This document shows positions 26,696 to 41,030 of a stretch of 64,000 nt of DNA, piece after piece. The first letter of the stretch is position 1. Each line of letters starts with the position of its first letter. This DNA is from Octopus sinensis (taxonomy: Eukaryota): positions 620,001 through 684,000 of the forward strand of contig NC_043012.1 of the NCBI RefSeq assembly GCF_006345805.1, in the 5' to 3' direction. Under the pieces are notes generated by a model that saw only the letters and a list, made by a program, of their open reading frames with translations, ran no database searches and was not told where the DNA came from. The position numbers were made by a program, and so were the translations under genes.

Positions 26696-26920
26696 GGGTG
26701 TGTCGATAGGTGCAGGTATGGATATGTAGTAAGAAGTTTGCTTCCAAACCTCGTGGTTCCACGTTCAGTTCCACTGAGTGGCGCACTGGATAAGTGGCCT
26801 TCCACTATATCTGCGGGTCGACCACTCAGTTGTAAGCTAATTAGGTAGACGGAAACTGAAAGAAAACCGTCGTATATATGTGTGTATGTGTGTGTGTATG
26901 TGTGTATGTGTGTGTGTGCT

Positions 26921-26956
<36 letters not shown>

Positions 26957-27514
26957 TGTGAACCACTACTGCATCACAACCTGTTTTGTGGGTTAGCATC
27001 TCCTCCAATTTAGTGGTAAGGCAAAAGACACCGAAAGAAATAGACGCCAAGCTTGAAGAAAAAAACGTAGCAATGGGTCGATTCATTCGACTAACATTCC
27101 TACAAGCAGTGCCCCAGCCTGGTCACAGTCTAATGACTGAAACAAGACAAGAGGTAAAACCTAAAAGATTGCCATAATCATCGTCATCGCCACCGCTGCC
27201 TCCATCGTCGTCGTCGTCGTCATTTTTATTGACATACGTATGTGCATGGGTGCAGTTTCCTTTCTGATTACGTCTAATATATAACATAAGTGTTAAAATT
27301 GAAGCTGTGGTTGTACATCTTATGTACATAAAGCAAGCGAGGTGTGAATGGTGGTTTGTTTGTGTGGGTGCTTGTGTTTGGGGGTGTTGTGAGTGCACAA
27401 AAATATTATGATGTGTGGGAGCAACATCGCAAGCAATTTGAATATATACGAATATGCGCGTGTCTTTAGGCAACTTTTAATGTATATACGTGTGAGTATT
27501 TGCATATATTTTAA

Positions 27515-27917
27515 ATTAGCAGTATCGCCCGGCGTTGCTCGGGTTTGTAAGGGAAATAACTATAAAGCATTTTTAGAGAGTTATAGCGACAAAACAGCAA
27601 AAAATTGCATTAAAAATGGAAAAAAAATTATGGTAAATAAATTTTTTTTTAAATCGTTGACTCATCGTAGACATTTTTAGAGAGTTACTTCCCTTATATA
27701 ATAGCGAAAAAATGCATTAAAATGGAAAAAAATGATGGTAAACTATTTTTAAAATCGTAGACTCATCGTAGACGCGCACTAATACCCAGAAGGGCTCGAT
27801 ATGAATCACGACTATAAGATACCCGGTTTTGGTTAAACTGCACCGCAAAATGTGGGAGTAGTTAGGAATCTAAATCGTAGGAGACAGACACACAACCTTA
27901 CTTTTATATATAAAGAT
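27515..27917 (+). mobile_element. Helentron/DINE-1-like non-autonomous element
   Basis: 5' TAGCAGTATCGCCCGGCGTTGCTCGGG subterminal hairpin, an internal roughly 100-bp tandem duplication, and a 3' CTTTTATATATAAAGAT end. Classification is from recalled terminal architecture. Confidence 0.6.
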
Positions 27918-27975
27918 ATACAGCAAATGTATCAAGTAGATTATTACTAGTAGTAATGGTGGCGAGTTGGCTGGA

Positions 27976-28189
27976 TCTCTTTTACTCTTTTACTTGTTTC
28001 AGAGATTTGACGGTGGCCATGCTGGAGCACCGCCTTTCGTCGATCAAATCGACCCCAGAACTTATTCTTTGTAAGCCTAGTACTTATTCTATCGGTCTCT
28101 TTTGCCGCTAAGTTACGGGAACGTAAACACACCAGCATCTGTGGTCAAGTGATGTTGGGGAGGGGGCAAACACAGACACAGAAACATAT

Positions 28190-28245
<56 letters not shown>

Positions 28246-28418
28246 TTTATATACGATATGCCTCTTTCATTTTCCGTCCACCAAATCCACGCACAAGGCT
28301 TTGGTAGGCCCGAGGCTATAGTAGAAGACACTTGCCCAAGGTGTCACGCAGTGGGACTGAACCCAGAACCATGTGGTTGGTAAGCAAGCTACTTACCACA
28401 CAGCGACTCCTGCGCCTG
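27976..28418 (-). mobile_element. SINE family A, full length
   Basis: Colinear with the other copies. Confidence 0.88.
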
Positions 28419-28461
<43 letters not shown>

Positions 28462-28719
28462 CTTATAAACAAAGGCAAAAGAAAATTATTTCTATGCGAA
28501 TATGCTGATAACAGACTTTTAAATCTTCAATTTCCACATATCATTATATACCCACTACAGAAATACGTTGTGCGGAAATCGGAAAGCTAGTGAATAGAAT
28601 TTTTTTTTTTTTTAAAGTTCGTTATTTCTATATTGAATCAATTTCGGAATTAATCCCATAGATTTTTTTCCTCTTCAGTAGAAAATACGATAAGAAATAA
28701 ATGAAATACTTACATGCAT

Positions 28720-30003
28720 CCATGGAAATAAACAGCCGAAGTAAATGGCATGTGTACACATAAGTACCCCAGTTATATCTTAATATAAAATGCCTCAGCA
28801 CACGTGATATAACTGTCGCCACTTGGGAAAGATAGGAAAAGTCTGCAAGTTAGGGGGTATAGGTTCCCCATATTCTTCCTGAGAAGAATAGGAAAGATCA
28901 CGTGACCAGAGCGACAAGTATTCTTTCAAGACAGAGAAATTACTTGCTTCTCAATATTACAGGTTATGAGAAATGGGCCTTTTATGACAATGTTCAACGC
29001 AAAAGGCAGTGGACTAACAAGGACAAATCTCCACAACCTACCTCAAGGGTTGAGCTCCATTGAAAGAGGTTATGATATGTGTGTGGTGGGATAACTGCCA
29101 TATTTGTGGAGGCGCAATGGCCCAGTGGTTAGGGCAGCAGACTCGCGGTCATAGGATCGCGGTTTCGATTCCCAGACCGGGCGTTGTGAGTGTTTATTGA
29201 GCGAAAACACCTAAAGCTCCACGCGGCTCCGGCAGGGGATGGTGGTGATCCCTGCTGTACTCTTTCACCACAACTTTCTCTTACTTCCTATTTCTGTTGT
29301 ACCTGTATTTCAAAAGGGCCGGCCTTGTCACGCTCTGTGTCACGCTGAATATCCCCGAGAACTACGTTAAGGGTACACGTGTCTGTGGAGTGCTCAGCCA
29401 CTTACACGTTAATTTCACGAGCAGGCTGTTCCGTTGATTCAGATCAACCGGAACCCTCGTCGTCGTAACCGACGGAGTGCTTCCATCCAACTGCCATATT
29501 ATTCATTTTGAGTTTTTAGGCTGCAGTCAAGCATTAAACTTACATTCTTAACATCTGCAATGTGTGAATGAAAACCTTTTAGGAAAATCTCTGCACTCGT
29601 TAATAGGAGAAACGTTGGGTTTCCCCGCATTAACACAATACCACATTCAACAAGAATCACGCAGGAGAAAATTTTGAATCTGGGCTGGTCTGTTCTACCC
29701 CATAAACCATATTTACAAGACATTGCATCAACTGTTTTCCATCTTCTTCGCTTTCTACAAAATGCTCTGGTGGGGAAAAAAATTTCCTCAAGAATGTCAG
29801 GTGAAAATATATGCGAAAAATGTCTTCATGTCGAAGTCAGGTGAATTTTTCTCGAGAGGAATCAAAAAGCTACATGATAAATGACAGGCGGTCGTTCAAA
29901 ATAAAGGCAAATGTAATAATAATTAAAAATAATTCTTTGCAAAATCTTTTCATGAGTAAAGTTATTTAACAAAATCAGAAATTATTTATGACTCAACATA
30001 ATA
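28720..30003 (+). pseudogene. Decayed mariner transposase interrupted by a SINE, ending in a TIR-like sequence
   Basis: LGV*VPHILPEKNR; TG(Y)EKWAFYDNVQRKRQW; VMICVWWD; RPHSTRITQEKILNLGWSVLPHKPYLQDIA (YSPDLAP-like); SRGIKKLHDK*QAVVQNKG; right end AATTATTTATGACTCAACATAATA followed by TA. Confidence 0.85.
29105..29488 (+). mobile_element. Full-length OR1-like tRNA-derived SINE with 12-bp TSD
   Basis: Head GGAGGCGCAATGGCCCAGTGGTTAGGGC...GGTTTCGATTCCC; TSD AACTGCCATATT at 29093-29104 and 29489-29500. The family name is from recall. Confidence 0.85.
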
Positions 30004-30138
30004 TATGTGTGTGTGGGGAAGGGGGTATGTATGTTGATGCAAATAGGAAAGTAGACCTCAAAACATGATATATGTATATTTTTATTAATATTCAGACAAG
30101 CGAAGACACACAAACACATACACACATATATATATTTC

Positions 30139-30169
<31 letters not shown>

Positions 30170-30308
30170 AGCTTGCTAACCAACCACATGGTTGCGGGTT
30201 CAGTTCCACTGCGTGGCATCTTGGGCAAGTGTCTTCTGCTATAGCCCCGTGCCGACCAATGCCTTGTGAGTGGATTTGGTAGACGAAAACTGAAAGAAGC
30301 CTGTCGTA

Positions 30309-30346
<38 letters not shown>

Positions 30347-31165
30347 TAAGACGGGATTCTTTCAGTTTCCGTCTACCAAATCCACTCACAAGGCTTTGCC
30401 CGAGGTGCCACACTCTTTTGTAACACATGTTAATATATTAACTTATGAATGCATTACATAAGAGGTATATATTTTGAACTGTTGTATTATATACAGTTAT
30501 TAAGTAATATCTTAAACGGGGGCGAATGTATACTTAGAGACTCCGGTAGTTATTTGAACATCACCACCTCCTCATTTTCCTCCTCCTCCTCCTCTTCTCC
30601 CTCATGAATCACTCCCACCAGCACTTCAAGGTTAAACCAATTTCAAGAAAAATCATAATTACTACTTCATCCCTCCTTTGCAATAAAGATCTCTTCGTGG
30701 CGGCACACAGTGACATGCCATTCGTTCTATGGCAGTCGAATGCATTAAATCGGTTCAAAGTCCACATAATTAAAGGAGTGTATGCATACATACATATATA
30801 TACACACACATATGTACATACATATATGTGTGTGTGTGTGTTTGTGTATGCAAGTATATATGTACATGCATACGTATCTATGTATATGTGCGTGTATCTA
30901 TGCATATCTATGTAAATGTATTTATATATATACACCCACATATACTGTACAATACGTGGTATATATATATTATATATATATATATATAATATATATATAT
31001 ATATGTTATATTATATATATTTATATATATGTATATATATATGTCTATATATATATATATATAATATATATATATGTGTGTGTGGTGTGTGTGTGTGTGC
31101 GTTGCGTGTCTGTAGATATACATATACATGTATGTGTACATACTTATATATATATATATTGTGTG

Positions 31166-31210
<45 letters not shown>

Positions 31211-32140
31211 TGCATCGATAGATAGATATAAATATATAACCGTGTATACTTGGTGACAAAGGGAGATAGGGTGGGATGGGGTAATTTTTATTTTGAGGAA
31301 GGGAACCAATGGTTGTCGCATAAAATGTTATTATTTCATATCCGGGTTGCCGTTATTTTGAATATCCTCTATATCTCGGCCAGTAAAGTACTCGGTTGCT
31401 TATCAACAAAATATAAACAAAGACACCCCACAAAGCGGGATTTTCAATAGTGAAAAACAAACAAAAAAAAACGAAGAAAAACAATAAATAAAACAAATAG
31501 AAAACAAAGTTTAAAAAGTATATATAAATATATGAAGGCGCACGCTTTTAAGACGGATGGAAGCCGCACGGCGTGCAAATACGGGTATGTTTAATTATGG
31601 AGTGAAGAAGTAAGAGGAGAAATTTAAACATCAGAAATGCGTGACATTGTTACAAGGGTTAGCGGAAATAAACGAGTTATTAATGGCACGATATTATATT
31701 TTATATTTCCGTTTTTATTGGAACCGTCTGTAGTCACGACTGGGATTGTACGTAGATGGTTGCGCTAGCGAAGTAGCCGAATGGTTAAAGCGTAGAACTC
31801 TGAGATATAAAGATTTAGGTTCAAAATGGGGCTATGACGTTCGACGATTGGTTGAAGAAATCTGCATCGCAACGACTCGGCTCTGGTTATTGTTCCATTC
31901 TTTGGTGACTTACGCGAATGTCTGTTGATATAAAGTCCCGTTTCCTAAGTAATTAATCTAGCAATTTGTTTAAGAAGTTCCCTTCCAAGCCACATGCTTC
32001 TTGGTTCGGTCCCGCTACATGGAATCTTCAGGAGGAATTCTCTGCCATAGAACCGAGCCGACCAAAGCCACGTGAGTGGATTTCGTAGACGGGAAACTGG
32101 AAGTAGCTTGTAGCATTGATATATGCGTCTGTGTGTGTAC

Positions 32141-32583
32141 ACTCTTTACTCTTTTACTTGTTTCAGTCATTTGACTGCGGCCATACTGGAGCACCGCCTT
32201 TAGACGAGCAAATCGACCCCAGGACTTAATATTTGTAAGCTTAGTACCTATTTTATCGGTATCTTTTGCCGAACCGCTATGTTACGGCGACGTAAACACA
32301 TCACCATCGGTTGTCAAGCGATGTTAGGGGGACAAACACAGACACACAAACATATACACACACGTACATATATACATATATATATATACATATTTACGAC
32401 GGGCTTCTTTTCAGTTTCCGTCTACCAAATCCACTCACAAGGTTTTGGTCGGCCCGAGGTTATAGTAGAAGAGACTTGCCATAGTAGCACGGAAGGAACA
32501 GGACTATGCCCCCAGACGCTTGCCACGCATTGGGACTGGACCCGGAACCATGTAGTTATAGAAACTACTTCCACACCGCCACG
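32141..32583 (-). mobile_element. SINE family A with a roughly 45-bp insertion
   Basis: Colinear except 32476-32525, which is bounded by TTGCC. Confidence 0.8.
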
Positions 32584-32614
<31 letters not shown>

Positions 32615-33251
32615 GTATGTATTATGCATGTAGTATGTATGCATGTATGTATGTATGCATGTATGTACTTTGCATGTATGTATGTAATGCATGCATGTAT
32701 GTGTTTGTGTGTGTTTGTATGTGTTTATGTTTGCCCCGTACAACAGCTCGACAATGAGTGTAGGTTTGTTTACGTCCCCGAAGCATCGCGTATCGGCAAA
32801 TAAGAACGATAGAATAAGTATCACATTTAAAAATATGCTTTTGGCTTTATTTATTATTTATTTATTATCACCATGGGCTCCTTGAGAGCGGTCAGCTAAA
32901 ATTTTTTTGTGCATTTTGATGTCGACATAAGTTTCCCAGATTTTCCTGAAGAGAAATCTGCATAATGTACTCCTTATTCCTTCGGAATTAGGAATATGCA
33001 GCCTTCAGAACATATGTCGAGAAAAAAGGATATTTGTTAACTATTCGTTCAACTCCATTCTTTCATATACTTATAATTCTAAAATAAACAAACAAATTTC
33101 CGCACGAAAACACGTAGTCTACGCCCTAGCGACGTAGCTTCAACCGTGTTCTTTCTGATGTGAATTTGCTACCCAGGTATCGGTTATCTTTCGAATTATC
33201 CTTAATAAGATAATTCATTCAATTACCCAAATACTTATATATATATATATA

Positions 33252-33657
33252 TACTCTTTTACTCTTTTACTTGTTTCAGTCATTTGACTGCGGCCATGCT
33301 GGAGCACCGTCTTTAGTCGAGCAAATCGACCCCGGGACTTATTCTTTGTAAGCCCAGTACTTATTCTATCGGTCTCCTTTGCCGAACCGCTAGGTGACGG
33401 GGACGTAAACACACCAGCATCGGTTGTCAAGCAATGCTAGGGGGACAAACACAGACACACAAACACACACATACATATATATGTATACATATACGACAGG
33501 CTTCTTTCAGTTTCCGTCTACCAAATCCACTCACAAGGCATTGGTCGGCTCGGGGCTATAGCAGAAGACACTTGCCCAAGATGCCACGCAGTGGGATTGA
33601 ACCCGGAACCATGTGGCTCGTCAGCAAGCTGCTTACCACACAGCCACTCCTGCGCCT
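33252..33657 (-). mobile_element. SINE family A, full length
   Basis: Colinear with the other copies. Confidence 0.9.
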
Positions 33658-33901
33658 ATATATTTATATATATATATATATATATATTATTCTTTTATCG
33701 GTTTCAGCTCAAAGCAGCGGCCATGTGAGGGCGTGCGGTGGGTGTGTATTTTTTCGTTTCTGTCATTTGATAGTTGCCATGCTACAGCACAGCATTGATG
33801 TATTTGACTCTTGGACCAATATTTTCCCCCAGTCGTATTTCGTCGGACTTGATGATGTAGTTCGCAAGAAAACTCGAAAGAGATGAGAGAAAAATACAAC
33901 G

Positions 33902-33935
<34 letters not shown>

Positions 33936-34301
33936 GTACACACACACATACACACACACACACACATACACACACACACACACGCACTCACACACACATA
34001 CAGAAATACGGTCTTACGCAGTTAAACACATACAGTCAGTCGCAGACACACGCATACATACAAACATACATACATACATGCATACATACATACATACACA
34101 CATACATACATACATACGTACATACGTAGGCACGCATTTACACATACACAACACACATCAGCTCAATTTGCCGGAATATAATTAATCCTTAAACTGTATG
34201 GCTGCGTAGTGAACTTCTTCACCGCAGCCATATGTAATGTATATCTATCTATCTATATATATATTGTATGTATATTATATATATATATATATATATATTA
34301 T

Positions 34302-34333
<32 letters not shown>

Positions 34334-34403
34334 GCACATATATACATATATGCATATTATACTATACATATCTATATATATACATATATAAATATATATA
34401 TAT

Positions 34404-34440
<37 letters not shown>

Positions 34441-34584
34441 TATATAATAATATATATATATTATATATTTATAAATTTAATAATAAGGGTGAAAATTAAA
34501 TATTAATTTTATTAATATCAAATTAATACCACTGGCCTAGCATATTGAAATATCTGAAGGTTCAGAAAAATGTATTAAATACAT

Positions 34585-35016
34585 ACAGGCGCAGGAGTGG
34601 CTGTGTGGTAAGTAGCTTACTAACCAAACACATGGTTCCGGGTTCAGTCCCATTGCGTGACATCTTGGGCAAGTGTCTTCTGCTATAGCCCCAGGCCGAC
34701 CAAAGCCTTGTGAGTGGATTTGGTAGACGGAAACTGAAAGAAGCCAGTCGTATATATGTATATATATATGTGTGTGTGTATGTGTTTGTGTGTGAGTGTT
34801 TGTCCCCCTAGCATTGCTTGACAACCGATGCTGGTGTGGTGTGGACAACCGATGCTGGTGTGGTCACTTAGCGGTTCGTCAAAAGAGACCGATAGAATAA
34901 GTACTGGGCTTACAAAGAATAAGTCCCGGGGTCGATTTGCTCGACTAAAGGCGGTGCTCCAGCATGGCCGCAGTCAAATGACTGAAACAAGTAAAAGAGA
35001 GAAAGAGTAAAAGAGT
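34585..35016 (+). mobile_element. SINE family A, full length, with a small internal duplication
   Basis: GACAACCGATGCTGGTGTGGT occurs twice at about 34820-34865. Confidence 0.9.
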
Positions 35017-35029
35017 ATATAAGAGTGAT

Positions 35030-35410
35030 GACCACTTAGTGGACATCCATTGTGCTAGAGGTAGACCCCATATGGTCTGACCGCTAAGAAAAGATTGTTC
35101 TCAAGAAAATTCAGCAAACGCCAGAACGTAAGCAAGCAAGACAAATGAAAAGATACAAAATATAAAGCTTAATCACAACCCCGGTTTCATTGTTACAAAT
35201 TACGTAATACTTACGTAAATATGCTCAATTCATCAGTATGACCGTAACAATGGAACCGGGTTTGTGATTAAGCTTTATATTTTGTATCTTTTCATTTGTC
35301 TTGCTCGCTTACGTTCTGGCGTTTGCTGAATTTTCGTGAGAACAATCTTTTCTTAGTGGTCAGACCATATGGGGCCTACCTCTAGCATAATGGATGTTCA
35401 CTCAGTGGTC
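35030..35410. repeat. Palindromic element, arms about 167 bp, 47-nt spacer
   Basis: 35030-35196 is the reverse complement of 35244-35410 with few mismatches. Confidence 0.92.
35172..35242 (-). ncRNA. Type I hammerhead ribozyme motif (this copy probably inactivated)
   Basis: Minus strand GTCATA-CTGATGA-ATTG..TTACGTAA-GTA-TTACGTAA..CAAT-GAAA-CCGGGGT-TGTGAT; helix I GTCATA/TGTGAT has 6 bp with wobbles. U16.1 is G here but T in the mirrored arm. Confidence 0.6.
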
Positions 35411-36929
35411 TTCCATCTTGTATGTATGTAATATAATTTTTCGGAATCTTCAGACTCATCAATATGCTAGGCCACTGGTTTTAAATTGATATTAATCAAA
35501 TTAATATTCAATTTTTCACCCTTATTATTTAAATTTAAATAACCATGTTCTCTAACAGGCAAAATTCATTGCAGAGAATTATTTTCTGCAGAATTATTTC
35601 CGGTATTTTGGCACACCAAAATGAAGACTTTTGAAATATAACCCCAAATGTAATTGGTAGAACTATATGCATGTTCAATCTCATGCAGATGTCTCTTGTA
35701 TAGTTCTGCAATTTATATTTTGCTATGACGATCATACTGATGTATTGTGGACATTTACATAAATATTACGTAAGTGGGGGACCAAAGCTTTGTGAGTGGA
35801 TTTGGTAGATGGAAACTTAAAATGACCTTCGCATATGTATATGTATGTACACACGTGTGCATGCGTGTGTGTGTATCTTTATGTGTTTCTTTGTGCCTCT
35901 GTTTGTCAACCGCTACCGTTTGACAATCAGCGTTAGCATGTTTGCGCCCCCGTAACTTAGTGGTTCGGCAAAAGAGTAATGCGATCAGCCCATTCGAATG
36001 AAAATTCTACAAGGTGATGCTCTAGTATAACCGTAATCTAATAAGTGAAACATCTAAGTATGCACACACTCACACACACACATACATCCACACATACACA
36101 CACAGCCCTGCTTGTTCGTATATGTATGTGTGAATGCGCATATATACGTATATATATATATATATATATATATAGATATATATATATGCATATATATATA
36201 TGTATGTATATATGTATATATATATGTATATATGTATATATATATGTATATATGTATATATATGTATATATGTATATATATATGTGTATATATGTATATA
36301 TATATGTGTATATATATATATATATAGCATAATGCTAATGCTTACTATGAGTAAACATGATACATTTTTCTTGAATTTAAGTAAACCTCAGCTAAATTTA
36401 AATAAATTAACTTAAATACAACAACCGAATAAATATTTAAAGACATAAATATAAACTTTTTTTTTCATTAAAATGTCGATCTCTTTTTACTTGTCTATTT
36501 TTTTTTTACTTTTCCTTTGTTTGTTTTTGTTTCTTATTTTTCTTTAAATTTAAAACTGGTTTAAGAAATTCGTTTGAGTCTCTAATACAACACGTTCTGA
36601 TTAATGTCTTAGTTAGAGCAACATGTCAAAGGAATTCGGTCGGTTAATCTCCCAAGATTTGCGTTTAAGAAAAATATGGTGTAATATAAGTGCTGTATAA
36701 TGGGATAGTTAAGATGTTTACGTCGCACCTATGATGTCCCGGAATCGGTCTCATTTGTGCTATCTTGGTCAACTTTCACTTTCTATAATTCTTGCGCTGA
36801 GCCATATTTTGTGAGTGAAACTGGGCAAGCTAAAAATGCATAGAAGTCAATGAAATGGACTGTACACGTAAATCAATAAGGATTGACATATCACGCACAC
36901 TCACTCGTACACACACATACTGTTATGCC

Positions 36930-37095
36930 ACGCTGATTCTTATTTCTTTACTACCCAGAAGGGGACAAACAAAGCGGAGACAAACAACGACAGATAAAGG
37001 GATTAAGTCGATTACATCGACCACAGTGCGTAACTGGTCCTTAATTTATCAACCCCGAAAGGATGAAAGGCAAAGTCGACCTCGGCGGAATTTGA
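36930..37095 (-). mobile_element. SINE family B fragment
   Basis: Contains aaggatgaaaggcaaagtcgacctcggcggaatttga. Confidence 0.75.
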
Positions 37096-37471
37096 GAAAG
37101 AAAACAAACTATGCTGGATCATAGATATAGCATGCCCAGCTGACAACAAGGTATGCGATAAGGAAGAAAGAAAAATCGAGAGATATGATATTTTAGCTTG
37201 GGAAGTTAAGCAGTTGTGGTCGATGAAAAGGGTAGCAGTAGTACCAATAATTGTCGGAGCCCTGGGAACAGTGAGCAAAACTCTCGAGAAGTACGTGGAA
37301 CGAATAGGACCTGCAATAAGGGTGGAGCACTTGCAAAAAAGCTGCACAGCTTGGAACCGCTCGAATACTCCGGAAGATGCTCGAAAAATAAGAGGCGTTA
37401 CCTAAGTTCACTGGTAGAAAAGAGCTGACACTGTAGTACATCTCCAGCGTTAGAAGCTGTGCAAAAGCAAT
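37095..37471 (+). mobile_element. R4/Dong-like RLE 3' fragment, subfamily D, followed by (TAA)n
   Basis: CWIIDIACPADNKVCDKEERKIERYDILAWEVKQLWSMKRVAVVPIIVGALGTV...LGTARILRKMLEK* (one frameshift), then a short UTR and (TAA)n 37472-37600. Confidence 0.85.
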
Positions 37472-37472
37472 A

Positions 37473-37598
<126 letters not shown>

Positions 37599-39185
37599 TA
37601 TGTGTGTGTGTGTATGTATATGTAAAAAAATACAAACTGGGACAAGAACGCAAAACATTTAGAAGACGATACAAAAAACACGGACGGAACATTCGAAGCC
37701 TTCAATCTTCAGGCAAGAATCGGATCATCCTCGCAATTTCGGCTGATCAATCTTGAGATCGCTCCGATCCGGCCAGCCCCAAGGAAAAACTAAGCTACGG
37801 GCATTAGATTTCTTGGAAAAAGGATCGAATGTATACGAAACAGGGACAGAAAAACGGACGATGCCACACGAATATATATACAAAAAGCAATAATAGTAAT
37901 AACAGGACAAAAACAGCGGGTGTCTTACGATTATAGACAGTACAACTTAGTTTAACTGGCGTATTTTGGAAAAAAAATGCCTTTTTCGGCAGACGAAGAA
38001 AACGATGTTCTCATGGCGGTGGTCGGAAGCCGAAAGGCTGGTTGACTAGCGGTCACGTGAGAGGAGAAGAGAGAGCGGATTGTACGCTTTGAAGGGAAGG
38101 ACAATTAACTACACTGTCTAGTAAATGGTCGAAACACGCACACGTTTCCTAGTATTTATTATTTGTTAATCAGCAATCGCTCCTTAAAAGGCGCGTTATA
38201 CTAAAACAGGTTTAAAAGGGAGATGGTCAGTCCTAGATATAATAAGACAGAATTAAAGGGGTGATGGTCATTGCTAGATGACATTTCTACAGACGTAGGC
38301 GGTAATGTCTTACACGGTTACAAATCCTGCAATTTTACATTGGTTCGGGTGGCTTTTGTCGAGTATGCTGCTTTTGTAGATGACTTACCGCATTTACCGA
38401 TACAAGGAGACAAAAAGGACTTCAACATTTGAACTCAAAACGCAAATAACTGGGGGGAAATGAAACAAGGCATTTTGTCCTAACCTCTAAAGATTCGGCT
38501 AATCCACTACCCCAATGTAATGGTAAAATTTTTCCTATTCTGCATACATTAATGAACCATCTAAGAAGATTTAGTGAATCAAATTGATCCTAATCCTTTG
38601 ACTTTAAATCTGGTGTTTATTCTGATGGTGACTATCAGCTGAATCGCTAAGTCACACAGATGTAGGCAAACTAACGCCGTTTTTCAACCGTTGACAAACC
38701 GGAACATGAAGCTGATTATGCACCCATGTAATACATATTTACATACACGCAAACAAACATATGTGTGTGTGTGAGTGTGTAGTATATATGCATACATGTA
38801 TGTAGAGATATGAACGCATAGCCACACACTCACGCAGACATACTCACACACATACATATGCATGACAGATTACCAGAGACTTGTCTAAAGTGCAGCGCCG
38901 TGGGACTATAACCGAAGCACGATTAAATTAGATTCCATTTGGATAAAAAAAAATCATGGATAGGTAGGACGAAACCTTGATACAATGAATCCTAGAAGCC
39001 CCGAAAGTAAAAGAAAAATAATCCAGATTTTTCAAATTTGAGCTATTCTCATAACGGGCGGAACCTTGTGCCACTCTGTGGGTGGGCAGAAAGGTACGAA
39101 GCTTGAGAACGATAGAGCCATAGCGAGAGAGAAACAGGACATATAGGACAGAGAGAGACGATGATAATAATAATAATAATAATAA

Positions 39186-39217
<32 letters not shown>

Positions 39218-39264
39218 CAACAACAACAGCAACAATGATAATAACAACAATAACGATGATAATG

Positions 39265-39321
<57 letters not shown>

Positions 39322-39510
39322 TAATAATAATAATAATAATAATGATAATATAAGAAAAACAAACGATAAACACTTAAAAAGGTAGCTTAAAAATAAACCC
39401 AAGCCCCTAAACAACAAGAAAAGTAACATCACTAAGACACATACATACACACATATGTGTATAATTATATATATACATGTATAAATATATATATAGTATA
39501 TATACATATT

Positions 39511-39559
<49 letters not shown>

Positions 39560-39600
39560 AATATACGCATATATATATATACGTATATATATAAATATGC

Positions 39601-39672
<72 letters not shown>

Positions 39673-40309
39673 GGATGTATATGTATTTGTATATATGCAT
39701 ATATATACATATGTGTATTTACATATTTGTGTGTGTTAGCATCCTCTAACGTATTGTAAATATCTGTTAGCAAAACAAAGGAGTCAATAAGAGTTTGTTT
39801 GAAATGTTCCTCAACTGACCAATCACAATTTACTCACTGGTATGTGAGAGTGTTTTTAACTGATTCTCACTAATTAAAGATAAACAAGGTTCTTGTTGTA
39901 GTTATTAGCAAGGAAGAAAAAAAATAGAAGAGAAGGAACTGAGAAACAACTAAAACGAAAAACTGTTGAAGTCACAGCTTCGTTTAGGAACGAACGGAAA
40001 ACAAGGATTTCGGCATGTATTGTCAATATTTTCCGAACTATGCTATACCCAGCACAGCGACTTTGTGGGTACTGTATATATATATACATATTTATCTATC
40101 CCTACATATGTGGTGTGTATGTCTCCTATGTATATGCATGTATGCGTGTCCCTGTGCTTCTGTTTGTGTATATATATATATGTATGTATGTGTGTGCATG
40201 TTGTTTGTGTTATGTGTGTAGTATATATTATATATATATATACATAATATATATACATATATATACATATATTATATATATATATATATATATATGTACA
40301 TATATATAT

Positions 40310-40342
<33 letters not shown>

Positions 40343-40539
40343 ATGTGTATGTGTGTATGTATGTATGTATGTATGTATGTATGTATGTATGTATGTATGC
40401 ATGTGTACACACGCATATGTTCGTACGTGTGACGGGTACATTTAGCAATATGGAAGCCACAAGGCATGCCCATAGCATCCATTCACTGACTGCTCTATAA
40501 GCCTTTATAATGCAGGTAGAGTTACGATCAATATGTGTG

Positions 40540-40750
40540 TGGCAGAAACGTTAGCGCGCCGGGCGAAATGCTTAGCTGTATTTCGTCTGTCGCTACGTTC
40601 TGAGTTCAAATTCCGCCTAGGTCGACTTTGCCTTTCGGGGTCAATAAATAAAGTACCAGTTTTGCACTGGGGTTGATGTAATCAATTAATCCCTTTGTCT
40701 GTCCTTGTTTTCCCCCTCTATGTTTAACCCCTTGTGGGCAGTAAAGAAAT
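40540..40750 (+). mobile_element. SINE family B
   Basis: GGCAGAAACGTTAGCGCGCCGGGCGAAATGC through AGTAAAGAAATA. Confidence 0.8.
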
Positions 40751-40775
40751 ATATGTATATATATATACACATACA

Positions 40776-40815
<40 letters not shown>

Positions 40816-40884
40816 AACATAGAGAGCTGCGGACATGCTGGGGCACAACCGTTTGCTTTGCGACTCTTTCATTAAACCTCTTCT

Positions 40885-41030
40885 GATATTTGGGGAATGA
40901 GGAAGTTTGATGTTGCCGCCCTCATCTACGTTTCTTGCCGCGAAGTAGGTTCATCCGGAACTCTTCACAGGAGGAGATCTATTTTTGTTTTGAAGACGAC
41001 TACATCCAGTCCAATAGGTCTCTCAGGCTT
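40885..41030 (-). mobile_element. CR1/L2-like LINE 3' fragment
   Basis: GLDVVVFKTKIDLLL*RVPDEPTSRQET*MRAATSNFL, homologous to 12107-12281. Confidence 0.65.

Noticed and set aside
31768-31830. tRNA gene
   Set aside because: A- and B-box-like motifs are present but acceptor and T stems do not pair; more likely a decayed SINE head.
37630-38340. Hammerhead in a PLE-like terminal region (minus-strand CTGAAGA near 37715)
   Set aside because: Followed by GAAT rather than GAAA, with no consistent helix I or III; the element class also remains unsupported.
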